This document shows, in pieces, positions 27,912 through 37,400 of a stretch of 46,063 nt of DNA (position 1 is its first letter; the number at the start of each line of letters is the position of its first letter). A program made the translations under genes and the position numbers. Location: the NCBI GenBank assembly GCA_964512835.1, contig CAZELA010000002.1:171037-217099 (forward strand). Reading direction: 5' to 3'. This DNA is from an uncultured Candidatus Saccharibacteria bacterium (lineage in GTDB: Bacteria; Patescibacteriota; Minisyncoccia; Phycocordibacterales; UBA2100). The notes beneath the pieces were generated by a model. The model worked only from the letters and a program-made list of their open reading frames with translations. It had not been told where the DNA came from and did not search any database.

Positions 27912-28535
27912 ATGCAGCAACGCTACATCGTGGTTGCGATCGCCGTTGTCATTATTGTGCTCGCTTTTTTCATGCTACGCGGTATGAACTCCAAAGGTGG
28001 TGTGCTCAACTATCCGTCGGCCGGAACCGACATCGTTGCATATGGCGATAGCTATATCGCGGGCTACGGCTCGACGCAGGGCAACGACTTTGTGTCGCTC
28101 TTGTCCAAAAAGATCGGGAGACCGATCGTAAATCTGGGGGTCAACGGTGATACCACGGCGCGCGGGCTGGATCGCATCGGTGCAATTGATAGCTACAAGC
28201 CCAAGGTTGTTCTGCTGTTACTCGGCGGCAACGACGTGTTGCAGCGCGTGCCGCACGAAACCACGTTTAAGAATTTGCGGACAATCATTACGGAATTCCA
28301 GGAGCGCGGGGCGATCGTGGTGGTGCTCAGCGTACGCAGCAATTTGGTAGGGGGCGCGTTTGGCGGGGAACTGGAGAATATCGTGGCGGATATGCATACG
28401 GCATACGTGCCCGATGTGCTCGACGGACATTTTGGCGACCGGCAGTACATGTCGGACGAAATCCATCCCAACGATGCGGGGTACAAAGTGATTGCAGAAA
28501 CTATTTATCCGGTGCTCGCACCGCTTTTAAAATAA
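27912..28535 (+). CDS. SGNH/GDSL hydrolase
   Basis: Block I IVAYGDSYIAGYGS, block III LLLLGGNDV, block V DEIHPNDAGY; N-terminal TM. Confidence 0.85.
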   Translation: MQQRYIVVAIAVVIIVLAFFMLRGMNSKGGVLNYPSAGTDIVAYGDSYIAGYGSTQGNDFVSLLSKKIGRPIVNLGVNGDTTARGLDRIGAIDSYKPKVVLLLLGGNDVLQRVPHETTFKNLRTIITEFQERGAIVVVLSVRSNLVGGAFGGELENIVADMHTAYVPDVLDGHFGDRQYMSDEIHPNDAGYKVIAETIYPVLAPLLK

Positions 28536-28560
28536 AAACCCGCGCACGTATGCGCGGGGC
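28534..28560 (-). terminator. rho-independent terminator for the minus-strand small ORF
   Basis: Minus strand CCCGCGCA-TACG-TGCGCGGG then TTTTTATTTT. Confidence 0.7.
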
Positions 28561-28566
28561 CGCAGA

Positions 28567-28731
28567 TCAGCGCAGCGGGTAAAACGGCTTGTCGTCGTCT
28601 GCGTCTTTTTCGCAGGGGATCTCGAAGCGTTTCTTGCGCACGCGGTTGATCGACTGCTCGATCTGCTCGCGCACCGGTACCGATTCTTCGTCTGCCCACG
28701 GGGGCGGGTAGTCGTCGTTCCAATCGTGCAT
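28567..28731 (-). CDS. unlisted 54-aa acidic ORF (MHDWNDDYPPPWADEESVPVREQIEQSINRVRKKRFEIPCEKDADDDKPFYPLR)
   Basis: Translated by hand; GGAGAG 5 nt before the ATG; a terminator begins 6 nt after the stop; below the 60-aa track cutoff. Confidence 0.5.
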   Translation of the reverse strand: MHDWNDDYPPPWADEESVPVREQIEQSINRVRKKRFEIPCEKDADDDKPFYPLR

Positions 28732-28805
28732 CGGATCTCTCCATCAAAGAGCGCGGCAGGGCGAACGCCGTGCCGTCTCGAAAAGGGGGTGACTTTCAAT
28801 CTGAA

Positions 28806-28832
28806 TTGAAAAAGCCCTCTCAACGAGAGGGC
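28806..28832 (-). terminator. orphan rho-independent terminator (minus strand)
   Basis: Minus strand GCCCTCTC-GTT-GAGAGGGC then TTTTT. Confidence 0.6.
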
Positions 28833-28963
28833 TGTGCTGAAACGCTGTAGAAATTGCGCGCTGTCAGATCAACCCTCCCGGCAAGAGTGGGTTGTATGAT
28901 GCTGATTCATTTGTATGACAGTGCGTGCCATGTATCGAACATAACAGATGGCCGCGGTTTTGC

Positions 28964-28998
28964 AAAAAATCACCCCCGCGCATGGTGTTGCGCGGGGG
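28964..28998 (-). terminator. rho-independent terminator overlapping the stop codon of the upstream gene
   Basis: Minus strand CCCCCGCGCA-ACACCA-TGCGCGGGGG-TGA-TTTTTT; the TGA stop sits between the stem and the U-tract. Confidence 0.7.
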
Positions 28999-29482
28999 AC
29001 GAATTGCAAACGAACTTTTCGAAGGTCGCAAACGGTGTGATGCCGCGACCGGCGGTAACCGTGAGCATCGGATGGCATCGCGAAATCACGCCGTCTTTGC
29101 CGTAGCGCTCGACGATGGTCTCGAGTGGTTCGCGAGCCCGGAGCTGCCCCTGGTCCCAGTCCTTGTAGACCAGCAGTCGCTCCGCGATGCGGGGCCATTC
29201 GGCTTGCACCGTGCGGTCGAACTTGACCGTGAGCTCGGTCGGGCAACGCGGGTTGCACGCCGCGAGCTCCTTGATCACATCGCGCAGCTTCGATGAGCGC
29301 CGGGTAAACTCGGCGGCGATCGACACGATCTTGCGGTCGTGGACCTTGAGCTTTGTTTCCTTGTCGAAGAGCCTGGCGGGCTCTGCGTGGGGGATGAAGG
29401 CGCGGGCGGCCATGGTGGCGGCCGTGCCGATGAATACGATCAAAAGCAGGGTCCGGCCAAGGCCGAAACGACGGTGCGACAT
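28970..29482 (-). CDS. hypothetical membrane-anchored/secreted protein
   Basis: N-terminal TM LLLIVFIGTAATMAARAF; SD AGGGAGAA upstream; no family recognised. Confidence 0.62.
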   Translation of the reverse strand: MSHRRFGLGRTLLLIVFIGTAATMAARAFIPHAEPARLFDKETKLKVHDRKIVSIAAEFTRRSSKLRDVIKELAACNPRCPTELTVKFDRTVQAEWPRIAERLLVYKDWDQGQLRAREPLETIVERYGKDGVISRCHPMLTVTAGRGITPFATFEKFVCNSSPAQHHARG

Positions 29483-29637
29483 GGGTGTTCTCCCTAGGAT
29501 GGCTGTGTAGCGGGCCTATTTGGTCGCCTTTGCGGCTGTTCTCTGTCGCGTATAAAAGGAAAAATTCGGTGCCTTGTCAACCTTTCACGCGGGGCGATAT
29601 GTGAGACTATTCCACCATAATCGCTTACCACACGGAT

Positions 29638-30525
29638 ATGGCTAAATACGTCGTCGGCATCATTTTTATCATCCTCGTAACCGGAGCAGGGTACTACTTC
29701 TTCCAGATGGGTGGCTCGGGCAAGGGCACACCGCTCAACACGGTGTCCTACGTGTGCTCGGAAGGCAAAACCATCCAGGCGTCGTACTACAAAGACTCTG
29801 TCGACGTCGTGCTCTCCGACGGCCGCAACTTCTCGCTGCCGCAGGCCATGAGCGCATCCGGTGCTCGCTACGCAAGCGCCGACGAATCGGTCGTGTTTTG
29901 GAACAAGGGCAACACTGCGTTCATCACCGAAGGCGGCAATCCCGAAAACATGACCTTTGCCAACTGCGGCGAGGGCGCACCGGTGGCAGCACAGCCTGCG
30001 GTGTTCACCAACGCATCGAGCACGTTTAGCGTGGCATACCCGGACGGTTGGACGCCGGACGGTTCGTACAAGTACACCGGCGTATCCGAGGCCAAGCCGA
30101 TCTTTGGCGTGAAGTTCCAGATCCCGGGCGACATGGCCACGGGCACGAACCTGTCGACCGACACGTACGTGGCTGTTGAGCAGCTCCCGCGCGCCACATC
30201 GTGCACCGGCGACATCTACATCAAGGACAACGTAAAGGCATCTGCAATTGATGCAAACGGCCACAGCTACTCGCTCGCATCCACGACGGGAGCAGGCGCA
30301 GGCAATCGCTACGAGGAATGGGTGTTCGCAATCCCGGGATCAAACCCGTGCACCGCAGTGCGCTACTGGATTCACTACGGCGTGTTCGAGAACTATCCGC
30401 AGGACGGCAGCGTAAAGGAATTCGATCGCGCAGCACTCACGGCCGCGTTCGACACAATCCGCGACTCTGTGCAGGTGCTCGGGACCGGCACAACCGCCCC
30501 GACGTCCACAACCACCACTCCGTAA
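29638..30525 (+). CDS. MliC-family (C-type lysozyme inhibitor) domain protein with an unknown C-terminal domain
   Basis: VSYVCSEGKTIQASYY...SASGARYAS...VFWNKGNTAFI...FANC matches the MliC pattern; N-terminal TM; about 180 extra C-terminal aa. Confidence 0.78.
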   Translation: MAKYVVGIIFIILVTGAGYYFFQMGGSGKGTPLNTVSYVCSEGKTIQASYYKDSVDVVLSDGRNFSLPQAMSASGARYASADESVVFWNKGNTAFITEGGNPENMTFANCGEGAPVAAQPAVFTNASSTFSVAYPDGWTPDGSYKYTGVSEAKPIFGVKFQIPGDMATGTNLSTDTYVAVEQLPRATSCTGDIYIKDNVKASAIDANGHSYSLASTTGAGAGNRYEEWVFAIPGSNPCTAVRYWIHYGVFENYPQDGSVKEFDRAALTAAFDTIRDSVQVLGTGTTAPTSTTTTP

Positions 30526-30533
30526 CTACCACT

Positions 30534-30558
30534 AAGCCGCCCGAAAGGGCGGCTTTTA
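30534..30558 (+). terminator. rho-independent terminator
   Basis: AAGCCGCCC-GAAA-GGGCGGCTT then TTAATT. Confidence 0.7.
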
Positions 30559-30565
30559 ATTCGTC

Positions 30566-31108
30566 ATGTTCAACAACGCCGCAATCCTGCACATGCTACT
30601 TTGGCCGGGAGTAATTCTCGTTGCGATTCTTGTGGTGGTAGGAGTAGCATCAATTTTTTTCAAAAAATCTGGCGAGGCAGAATCGGATGCGGACAGAGCA
30701 AAGCCAAGGTACAACTACACCGCCAAGAAGTTCTTCATGACTCGTGCGGAGCACGAGTTTTACGACGTCCTCGGACAGGCGGTTGGGCACGAGTTTCGAA
30801 TCTTCGCGCAAGTGCACATCTCGGAACTCGTAGACGGTAAAATCCCAGGCCAGAACTGGAAAGCCGCACGTGCCCATATCGATAGAAAATCAGTCGACTT
30901 CCTGCTCTGCGACAAAGACTACATTTCGCCAAGACTCGCTATTGAGGTTGATGACAAGACGCACGAACGACCAGATAGGGTAGATCGCGACACCGAAGTT
31001 GAGCGAATTCTGGCGCTGGCCGACCTTCCGCTCCTTCGCGTCCAAAACACGGGTGCTTTCGATCCCGAAACCATCGCCAAAATGGTCCACCAATCGCTCA
31101 AATCGTAA
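30566..31108 (+). CDS. membrane-anchored DUF2726 (PD-(D/E)XK nuclease-like) protein
   Basis: FFMTRAEHEFYDVL, RIFAQVHISELV, SVDFLLCDKD...LAIEVDDKTH motifs; N-terminal TM LLWPGVILVAILVVVGVASIFF. Confidence 0.78.
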   Translation: MFNNAAILHMLLWPGVILVAILVVVGVASIFFKKSGEAESDADRAKPRYNYTAKKFFMTRAEHEFYDVLGQAVGHEFRIFAQVHISELVDGKIPGQNWKAARAHIDRKSVDFLLCDKDYISPRLAIEVDDKTHERPDRVDRDTEVERILALADLPLLRVQNTGAFDPETIAKMVHQSLKS

Positions 31109-31177
31109 CGTTTCCGCAAAGTGAAGATTTGTGGGATGATCCTAGCTAATTGGATCGAAAAGATCCTGCTATTTTCA

Positions 31178-34100
31178 ATGAATTCAGAACGAATAATAAA
31201 CAATAGTCAGCAAAACAACCTGTACCAGGCTATTTCGAACGCGATCACTGATGAGACGACAGCCGTAGACATTGAGGTCGGATACTTCTATCTTTGTGGC
31301 TTCGAATTGCTAGCCGAAAAACTCAAAGATTTACCTGTGCGCATTCTTGTAGGCTCGTATATAGACCCGGATGCGATTCCCGATCTAATTATAGAGTCGA
31401 CAAAGAAGCCAACGGTCAACCTTGATCCATATCAACCGAGGAGCATCCCCAATTCAAAGTCGAAGCGCGTAGATGCCCTTGCTGAAGGAATAAAGAAACT
31501 TGCGAACCAGACAGCGATCTTTGATGCGCCCGAATCTCAAGGCGCCTACAAAATACTCGAACAGAAGTTGGAAAATGGGACGCTAGAGATAAAGATGACG
31601 GAGCAGCATGCCCATGGCAAGTACTACGTCATTCACAAAAGGCCGCATGGAGTAGTCTATATGGGTTCTAGCAATTTCACTTACAGTGGGCTTATTGGTC
31701 AGCAGGAAGTTAATGAGGTGTTTGACGGTGAGGACAAATATAAAGAATACGCCGCATATTTCCAGGAACGCTGGATTAATGGGGGCAATATTGCAGTGCA
31801 GGAGAAAGGTAACTCCGACATGTTTCTCAACAAGATTCGGAGCGAGTTATGGATGAATGTAGTTCCGCGCCCGTACGCAATGTATGTCCGACTATTGGAT
31901 CAAATATTCGGTACCGAAGAACAGAGTGAGATTATTTCGCCGAAGACAGCAACAAAGGGGCAGTACAGCGACTACTCCTATCAGCTCGATGCGATAAAGA
32001 TGGCGTTAGTGCGTTTGAAGAATTTCGATGGCGCTATTGTTGCAGACGTTGTGGGCTTGGGGAAAAGTGTAATAGCGAGCGCCGTTGCTGCAAATCTACC
32101 ACAACTCAAGCCCATTATAGTGTCGCCACCCCACCTAGTCCCTATGTGGGAGGACTACGCTGAAGAATTTAGACTAGCAGGCCACAAGGTCTTCAGCACG
32201 GGCTTAATTGAGGATGCCTATGAGAAGTATAAGAACTCTCGCGAACCATTACTCCTAATCTTGGACGAAGCACATCGCTATCGCAACGAGGAAACTCACG
32301 ACTATCAGATGCTTCACCAGCTGGCTCGTAGTCATCAGGGAAACAAAGTCATGGTTTTGTCGGCCACCCCATTCAACAATGATCCAAAAGATATTTTTGC
32401 ATTAATAAAGCTATTCCAAACTCCCGGTGCCGCGACGCTTCGCACGGTTGATAACCTCTCAGTTAAGTTTCTCGAGCTTGAGAAGCAATACAAGGGCTTG
32501 CGTCGCAGGTTATCGGACGGCGTAAAAGACACTGCTGAACAGCGACAATTGGATGAAGAAAGGGACTCAATAGCGTCTGAACTACGCAGGCTTATTGCAC
32601 CGCTCATTATTCGCAGATCCCGAATAGATCTGACGACCATAAAACGATATCGCGAAGATCTTGCGGCGCAGGGAGTGGAGTTTGCGAAGATGGCTGATCC
32701 CGTGCTCCGCGAATACGAACTGGGTGATCTTGCTGATATCTACCTCGACACCATTTCCAAAATTGAACCGAACTCAAAGATGCGCGAAGGACTGACGGGC
32801 GCTCGATACATGCCTACAACGTACGCTAATGATGTGGCCGGTTTTGTTGAAAAATATCCTGAACTAGAAGACATCCGTACAGCTCAGAAGAACGTCGCAT
32901 CATTCATGCGAAAGTTACTAGTCATGCGCTTCGAGAGTTCGCGTGCTGCATTCAAGAGTACTCTTGGTAATGTCATCGCATCCCACGAAAGGATATTGGA
33001 ATGGGCTGAGAAGAAGCAGAAGGTGCCGATCTCGAAGAAGGCATATATCCCTGCGCCGGACGAAACACCTGATGAAGCATCCGAAATCGCTGAGCAAGAG
33101 ACTTCGGTCGAAGAGGAAACGATACCCGCGGCACGTAAGATAGTATTTGTAGCGTTGGACGACTTGAAAGAGAGCTTCGTCAGTGATGTGAGGCACGATC
33201 GCGACACGCTCAAAAATCTATACGAGCAATGGTTTAGTTCGGAATCGGCTTATTCAAAGATGCCGGACCCGAAGCTGGAGCGTCTCTTGCAAGACCTCAG
33301 AGAACATCGAGAGAAAGATCCGGATCGAAAAATAGTTGTTTTCAGTATGTACGCAGATACCGTGAACTACGTCGGTGAAGCACTGCTTGACGCCGGCATC
33401 CCTACCTTCGTCTACACATCTGCAAACTCACGAGCGGATCGAGTGACTATTAGAAAGAATTTCGACGCAGGCCTCCCGGCAGATAAGCAGGCAGACGATT
33501 TCAAGGTCATTGTTGCTACTGACGCCTTGAGTGAGGGAATAAGCCTGCACCGGGCCGGACGGATCATCAACTACGACATTCCCTATAACCCTACTCGGGT
33601 AGTTCAGCGTGTCGGGCGCATCAATCGAATTAGTAAGAAAATGTTTGATGAGTTGTATATCGACAACTATTTCCCGACGGAAGTGGGCGAGGCAGAGGTT
33701 AATGTTCGCGGTATATCGACCCTGAAGATAAAAATCTTCAACGCAGTTGTCGGCAGTGATTCGCGTACCCTCACACCTGACGAGGATCCGGTATCGTTCT
33801 TCAAAGACGAGTTTGAGCGAGCAACATCGGAGGATATGAGTTGGGATGCGCCACATAGAGATGCTTACGACGTCGCAAAGCGCAACGATGATCTCATAGC
33901 TGAGGCAAGAAGATTGCCCATGCGCTCCCGATTAGTCCGTATTGATAAGGAAAAAAAGTGCACTGTAGGCGTGGGAATGAAAGGTGAAAATATTATCTGC
34001 GCTATTGAGGTGGATGGCGCGGCACGATTGGTCAATACCGAAGATGCATTAAGGTTGTTTTTGGCAATGCCGGAGGAGGCGGGAGAGGGCGCTGACATCC

Positions 34101-34459
34101 AATTCGATCAGGTATTTGAGCTCATCAAGGCTCGATTATTCGAAAGACCGCCTGTTGCACAAATGTCCGGCAACAGAACCGAGGTGGTACGCATTCTGAG
34201 AAGTGTCAAAGATGAAACGCAATTCGGTAATTACTGCGATGATCTCATACTGGTAGTGAGCGAACTCGACGACCTTTCAGATGGGCAGATGAAAGCAATC
34301 ATCAAGGAAGCAAAGGACACCAGTGTATCAGTTGATGACTTAGTAAAGAAGATTATCGAGATCGCGCCAGAGCGACAGGTTGCGGTAAGTATGGAGCGAC
34401 AAGGAAAGGAGCAGAAAGCATCTAACGTGCTGCTCTTCACACAAGAGCACCGCATATGA
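31178..34459 (+). CDS. HKD/PLD-family nuclease domain fused to SNF2-type SF2 helicase
   Basis: One HxK...GSxN motif (HGKYYVIH...GSSNFT, nt 31613-31675). Helicase motifs I VGLGKS (32054), II LDEAH (32264), III SATP, VI QRVGRINR. The ORF opens at GTG 31121, ATGs at 31136 and 31178; start uncertain. Confidence 0.88.
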   Translation: MNSERIINNSQQNNLYQAISNAITDETTAVDIEVGYFYLCGFELLAEKLKDLPVRILVGSYIDPDAIPDLIIESTKKPTVNLDPYQPRSIPNSKSKRVDALAEGIKKLANQTAIFDAPESQGAYKILEQKLENGTLEIKMTEQHAHGKYYVIHKRPHGVVYMGSSNFTYSGLIGQQEVNEVFDGEDKYKEYAAYFQERWINGGNIAVQEKGNSDMFLNKIRSELWMNVVPRPYAMYVRLLDQIFGTEEQSEIISPKTATKGQYSDYSYQLDAIKMALVRLKNFDGAIVADVVGLGKSVIASAVAANLPQLKPIIVSPPHLVPMWEDYAEEFRLAGHKVFSTGLIEDAYEKYKNSREPLLLILDEAHRYRNEETHDYQMLHQLARSHQGNKVMVLSATPFNNDPKDIFALIKLFQTPGAATLRTVDNLSVKFLELEKQYKGLRRRLSDGVKDTAEQRQLDEERDSIASELRRLIAPLIIRRSRIDLTTIKRYREDLAAQGVEFAKMADPVLREYELGDLADIYLDTISKIEPNSKMREGLTGARYMPTTYANDVAGFVEKYPELEDIRTAQKNVASFMRKLLVMRFESSRAAFKSTLGNVIASHERILEWAEKKQKVPISKKAYIPAPDETPDEASEIAEQETSVEEETIPAARKIVFVALDDLKESFVSDVRHDRDTLKNLYEQWFSSESAYSKMPDPKLERLLQDLREHREKDPDRKIVVFSMYADTVNYVGEALLDAGIPTFVYTSANSRADRVTIRKNFDAGLPADKQADDFKVIVATDALSEGISLHRAGRIINYDIPYNPTRVVQRVGRINRISKKMFDELYIDNYFPTEVGEAEVNVRGISTLKIKIFNAVVGSDSRTLTPDEDPVSFFKDEFERATSEDMSWDAPHRDAYDVAKRNDDLIAEARRLPMRSRLVRIDKEKKCTVGVGMKGENIICAIEVDGAARLVNTEDALRLFLAMPEEAGEGADIQFDQVFELIKARLFERPPVAQMSGNRTEVVRILRSVKDETQFGNYCDDLILVVSELDDLSDGQMKAIIKEAKDTSVSVDDLVKKIIEIAPERQVAVSMERQGKEQKASNVLLFTQEHRI

Positions 34460-37400
34460 ATCTACAAGCCAAGTACTCTGAAAGGGAATTTTCTGAATTC
34501 GTAAGCTCGCATCTACCCGATTTTCGACCGACCGATTCCCGAGTAGAAGTGAGAAGGGGTTTCAGCAGTGTCAAACAAATTGGAGAATCACTGAAGCTCG
34601 ATCTGGTCGTGTTTACAGTAACGCCGGACGCAACCATCCATGCTCGCATTGAGATATCGAAACAGTCATACGCTTTGCTAAAAAATCATCCAAGAGCTCA
34701 TGCACTAATTGCATACCACTCTCCAGAATCCGACGAATGGAGGCTTTCTCTCGTGACGACCCAAGTAAGTCGCGACAAGAACGGTGTAAAGGAGACGGTG
34801 TCCAATCCGCGACGGTTCTCATATGTCCTGGGCCCCAAAGCGAAAGTGAATACACCCACTAAGTATTTGATTGCGAAAGGAAAGATCGGAGATCTAAATG
34901 ACCTGAAAGAACGATTCTCTCTCGAGGTTGTTAATAAGGATTTTTATGCCGAAATTTCCAATTTGTTTACTAAGCTCACTGGCGGTACTCACACGATTGG
35001 TAGAGCCAAGAAGGAATACAAGGCGATGATTCAACTTCCGTCGGTGCCCGAGGGCGATCAAAGGAATCTAGAGTTTACCGTGAGGCTAATAGGGCGTGTC
35101 ATTTTCTGTTGGTTCCTTCGCGAGAAGAAGAGTGCCGCAGGGCTATCATTGATGCCGAGGGAACTACTATCGCAACAGGCCGTAAGTAATCAAAGTGATT
35201 ATTACCACTCGATTTTGGAGCCTATATTTTTTGAGGTTTTAAACAAGCACGGCAAGAGTAGACGGGAACAGTATGCAACCGGCCCTTTCGCAACCATCCC
35301 GTATTTGAATGGCGGTCTCTTTTCACCATCCTATGATGATTATTTTAGTTACAACACGGATAAGCAATCCATTTTTCATAACACGGTAATTATTCCAGAC
35401 GAGTGGCTCGTGGAATTCATTTCATTTTTGGAGACATACAATTTCACTATTGATGAGAACGTCAGTTTTGATGAGGAACTCTCCATTGATCCTGAAATGC
35501 TCGGCAGGATCTTTGAAAACCTCCTTGCAGAAATTAGCCCGGAAACCGGCGAATCAGCAAGAAAGCGTACGGGCAGTTACTACACACCCCGATCAATCGT
35601 GGACTACATGGTTGATGAAGCCCTGTTCTCTTATCTGAAATCGCAGACTGCTTTACCAGACGAAAAGCTGCGTGCCATTATCAGCTACGATCTCGATGAT
35701 GATACCGAACACCCCCTCTCGGCAGAAGAGTACAATAAGATTGTAAATTCGCTCAGCACTATCAAAATTCTTGACCCTGCATGTGGGTCCGGGGCGTTCC
35801 CGATTGGTGCGTTGCAAAAAATTGTATTCATTTTGCAGCAGGCCGATCCCGATGGTCGCCAGTGGTTTGAGAAACAAATAGCCAATACATCGCCTGAAAT
35901 CAAACGTGTTATCGAGCGAGAGTTTGCAAATAAGAACTTCAATTACATCAGAAAGCGCGGCGTTATACGAGAAAACATCTTTGGCGTGGATATCCAGCCA
36001 ATTGCCACAGAGATTTCAAGGCTTAGATGTTTCCTGACCCTCATCGTTGATGAGAGCATTCACGATGAGCTGGAGAACAGAGGTGTTGAACCTTTGCCTA
36101 ATCTAGATTTCAAATTCGTTACGGCAAACACGCTCGTTCAATTGCCCGGGAAAACGGAGCAATCACTATTCAAGGACCAAAAAAGAATTGATCAGCTCCG
36201 AGATCTCAGGAATCAGTTCTTCGGATCCACAAATTCGGAAAGACAACAGTTACAGTTAGATTTCAAAGAGATACAGAACCAAATGTTGAATCGAATGATT
36301 GAGCTCGGGGGTGCTGATGAGATCACAAGAACACTTTCGACATGGAATCCTTTTAGTCACAATGCCACTCCATGGTTCGACCCGGAGTGGATGTTCGGAG
36401 TCAGAGATTTCAATGTTGTGATAGGAAACCCACCTTATGTCTTTGCAAGAAATAGTAAATCGAAAGGGCTTAGTAAAGAACAGAAGGACTTCTACTATGA
36501 GAATTTCAAGCTTGCAAAATACCAAATAAATTTATATGCGCTCTTCCTGGAGAAGAGTACGACATTACTCGACGATAAAGGAGTACTCTCATTTATTGTG
36601 CCGAACAATTGGCTTACGATAAACACGAATAAGGATATGCGTGAATTTATCCTTGGCTTTTCCAATGTCGTCATAGTCAATTTTTATGCAAGGGTGTTTG
36701 TTTCCGCGAGCGTAGACAGTTCCGTAATCGTCTTTTCCAATGGGACCCATCATCATGAGGTCTCCTTATATGAATACGACGACGACCAGAAGCTGCAATT
36801 GATCAAGAAAACAGATACTTCGTATTTTCTCAAAAAAACAGACGCAATCATTAATATTAGCGCCCTCAAGAATACCGAAGTCGGTGAACTAGTTGAGAAG
36901 ATTGAGTCTCGTGCCATACCTTTAAACAAATTGGCTGACGTGAAAGCGGGATTGCAGGCATACGAGGTAGGTAAGGGAACGCCGGCAATAACGGAAACTA
37001 TGAAGGATGAGCGTGTCTATCACAGCGCTGAGAAAAAGGACGATTCTTATTACAAATATCTCGATGGACGCGACGTTCAGCGATATTCGTTTGGATGGAG
37101 CGGCGACTATTTGAAATATGGTAATAATCTGTCAGCTCCGCGGAATTTCCATCTTTTCTCGACGCCGCGGATATTGGTAAGACAAATTCCTTCGCAGCCA
37201 CCCTATTGCATACCGGCTTGTTATACAGAGGAAACAATTCTGAACGACAGAAACTCTATGAACGTGGTCAATATTAAAGACGATCCACTTTTTCTACTTG
37301 GAGTTTTGAATTCAAAGATTATTACTTTTTGGTTCATCCATAAATTCGGGAAGCTTCAGCGGGGGATATTCCCACAATTCAAAATCAATGAACTAGAGGG

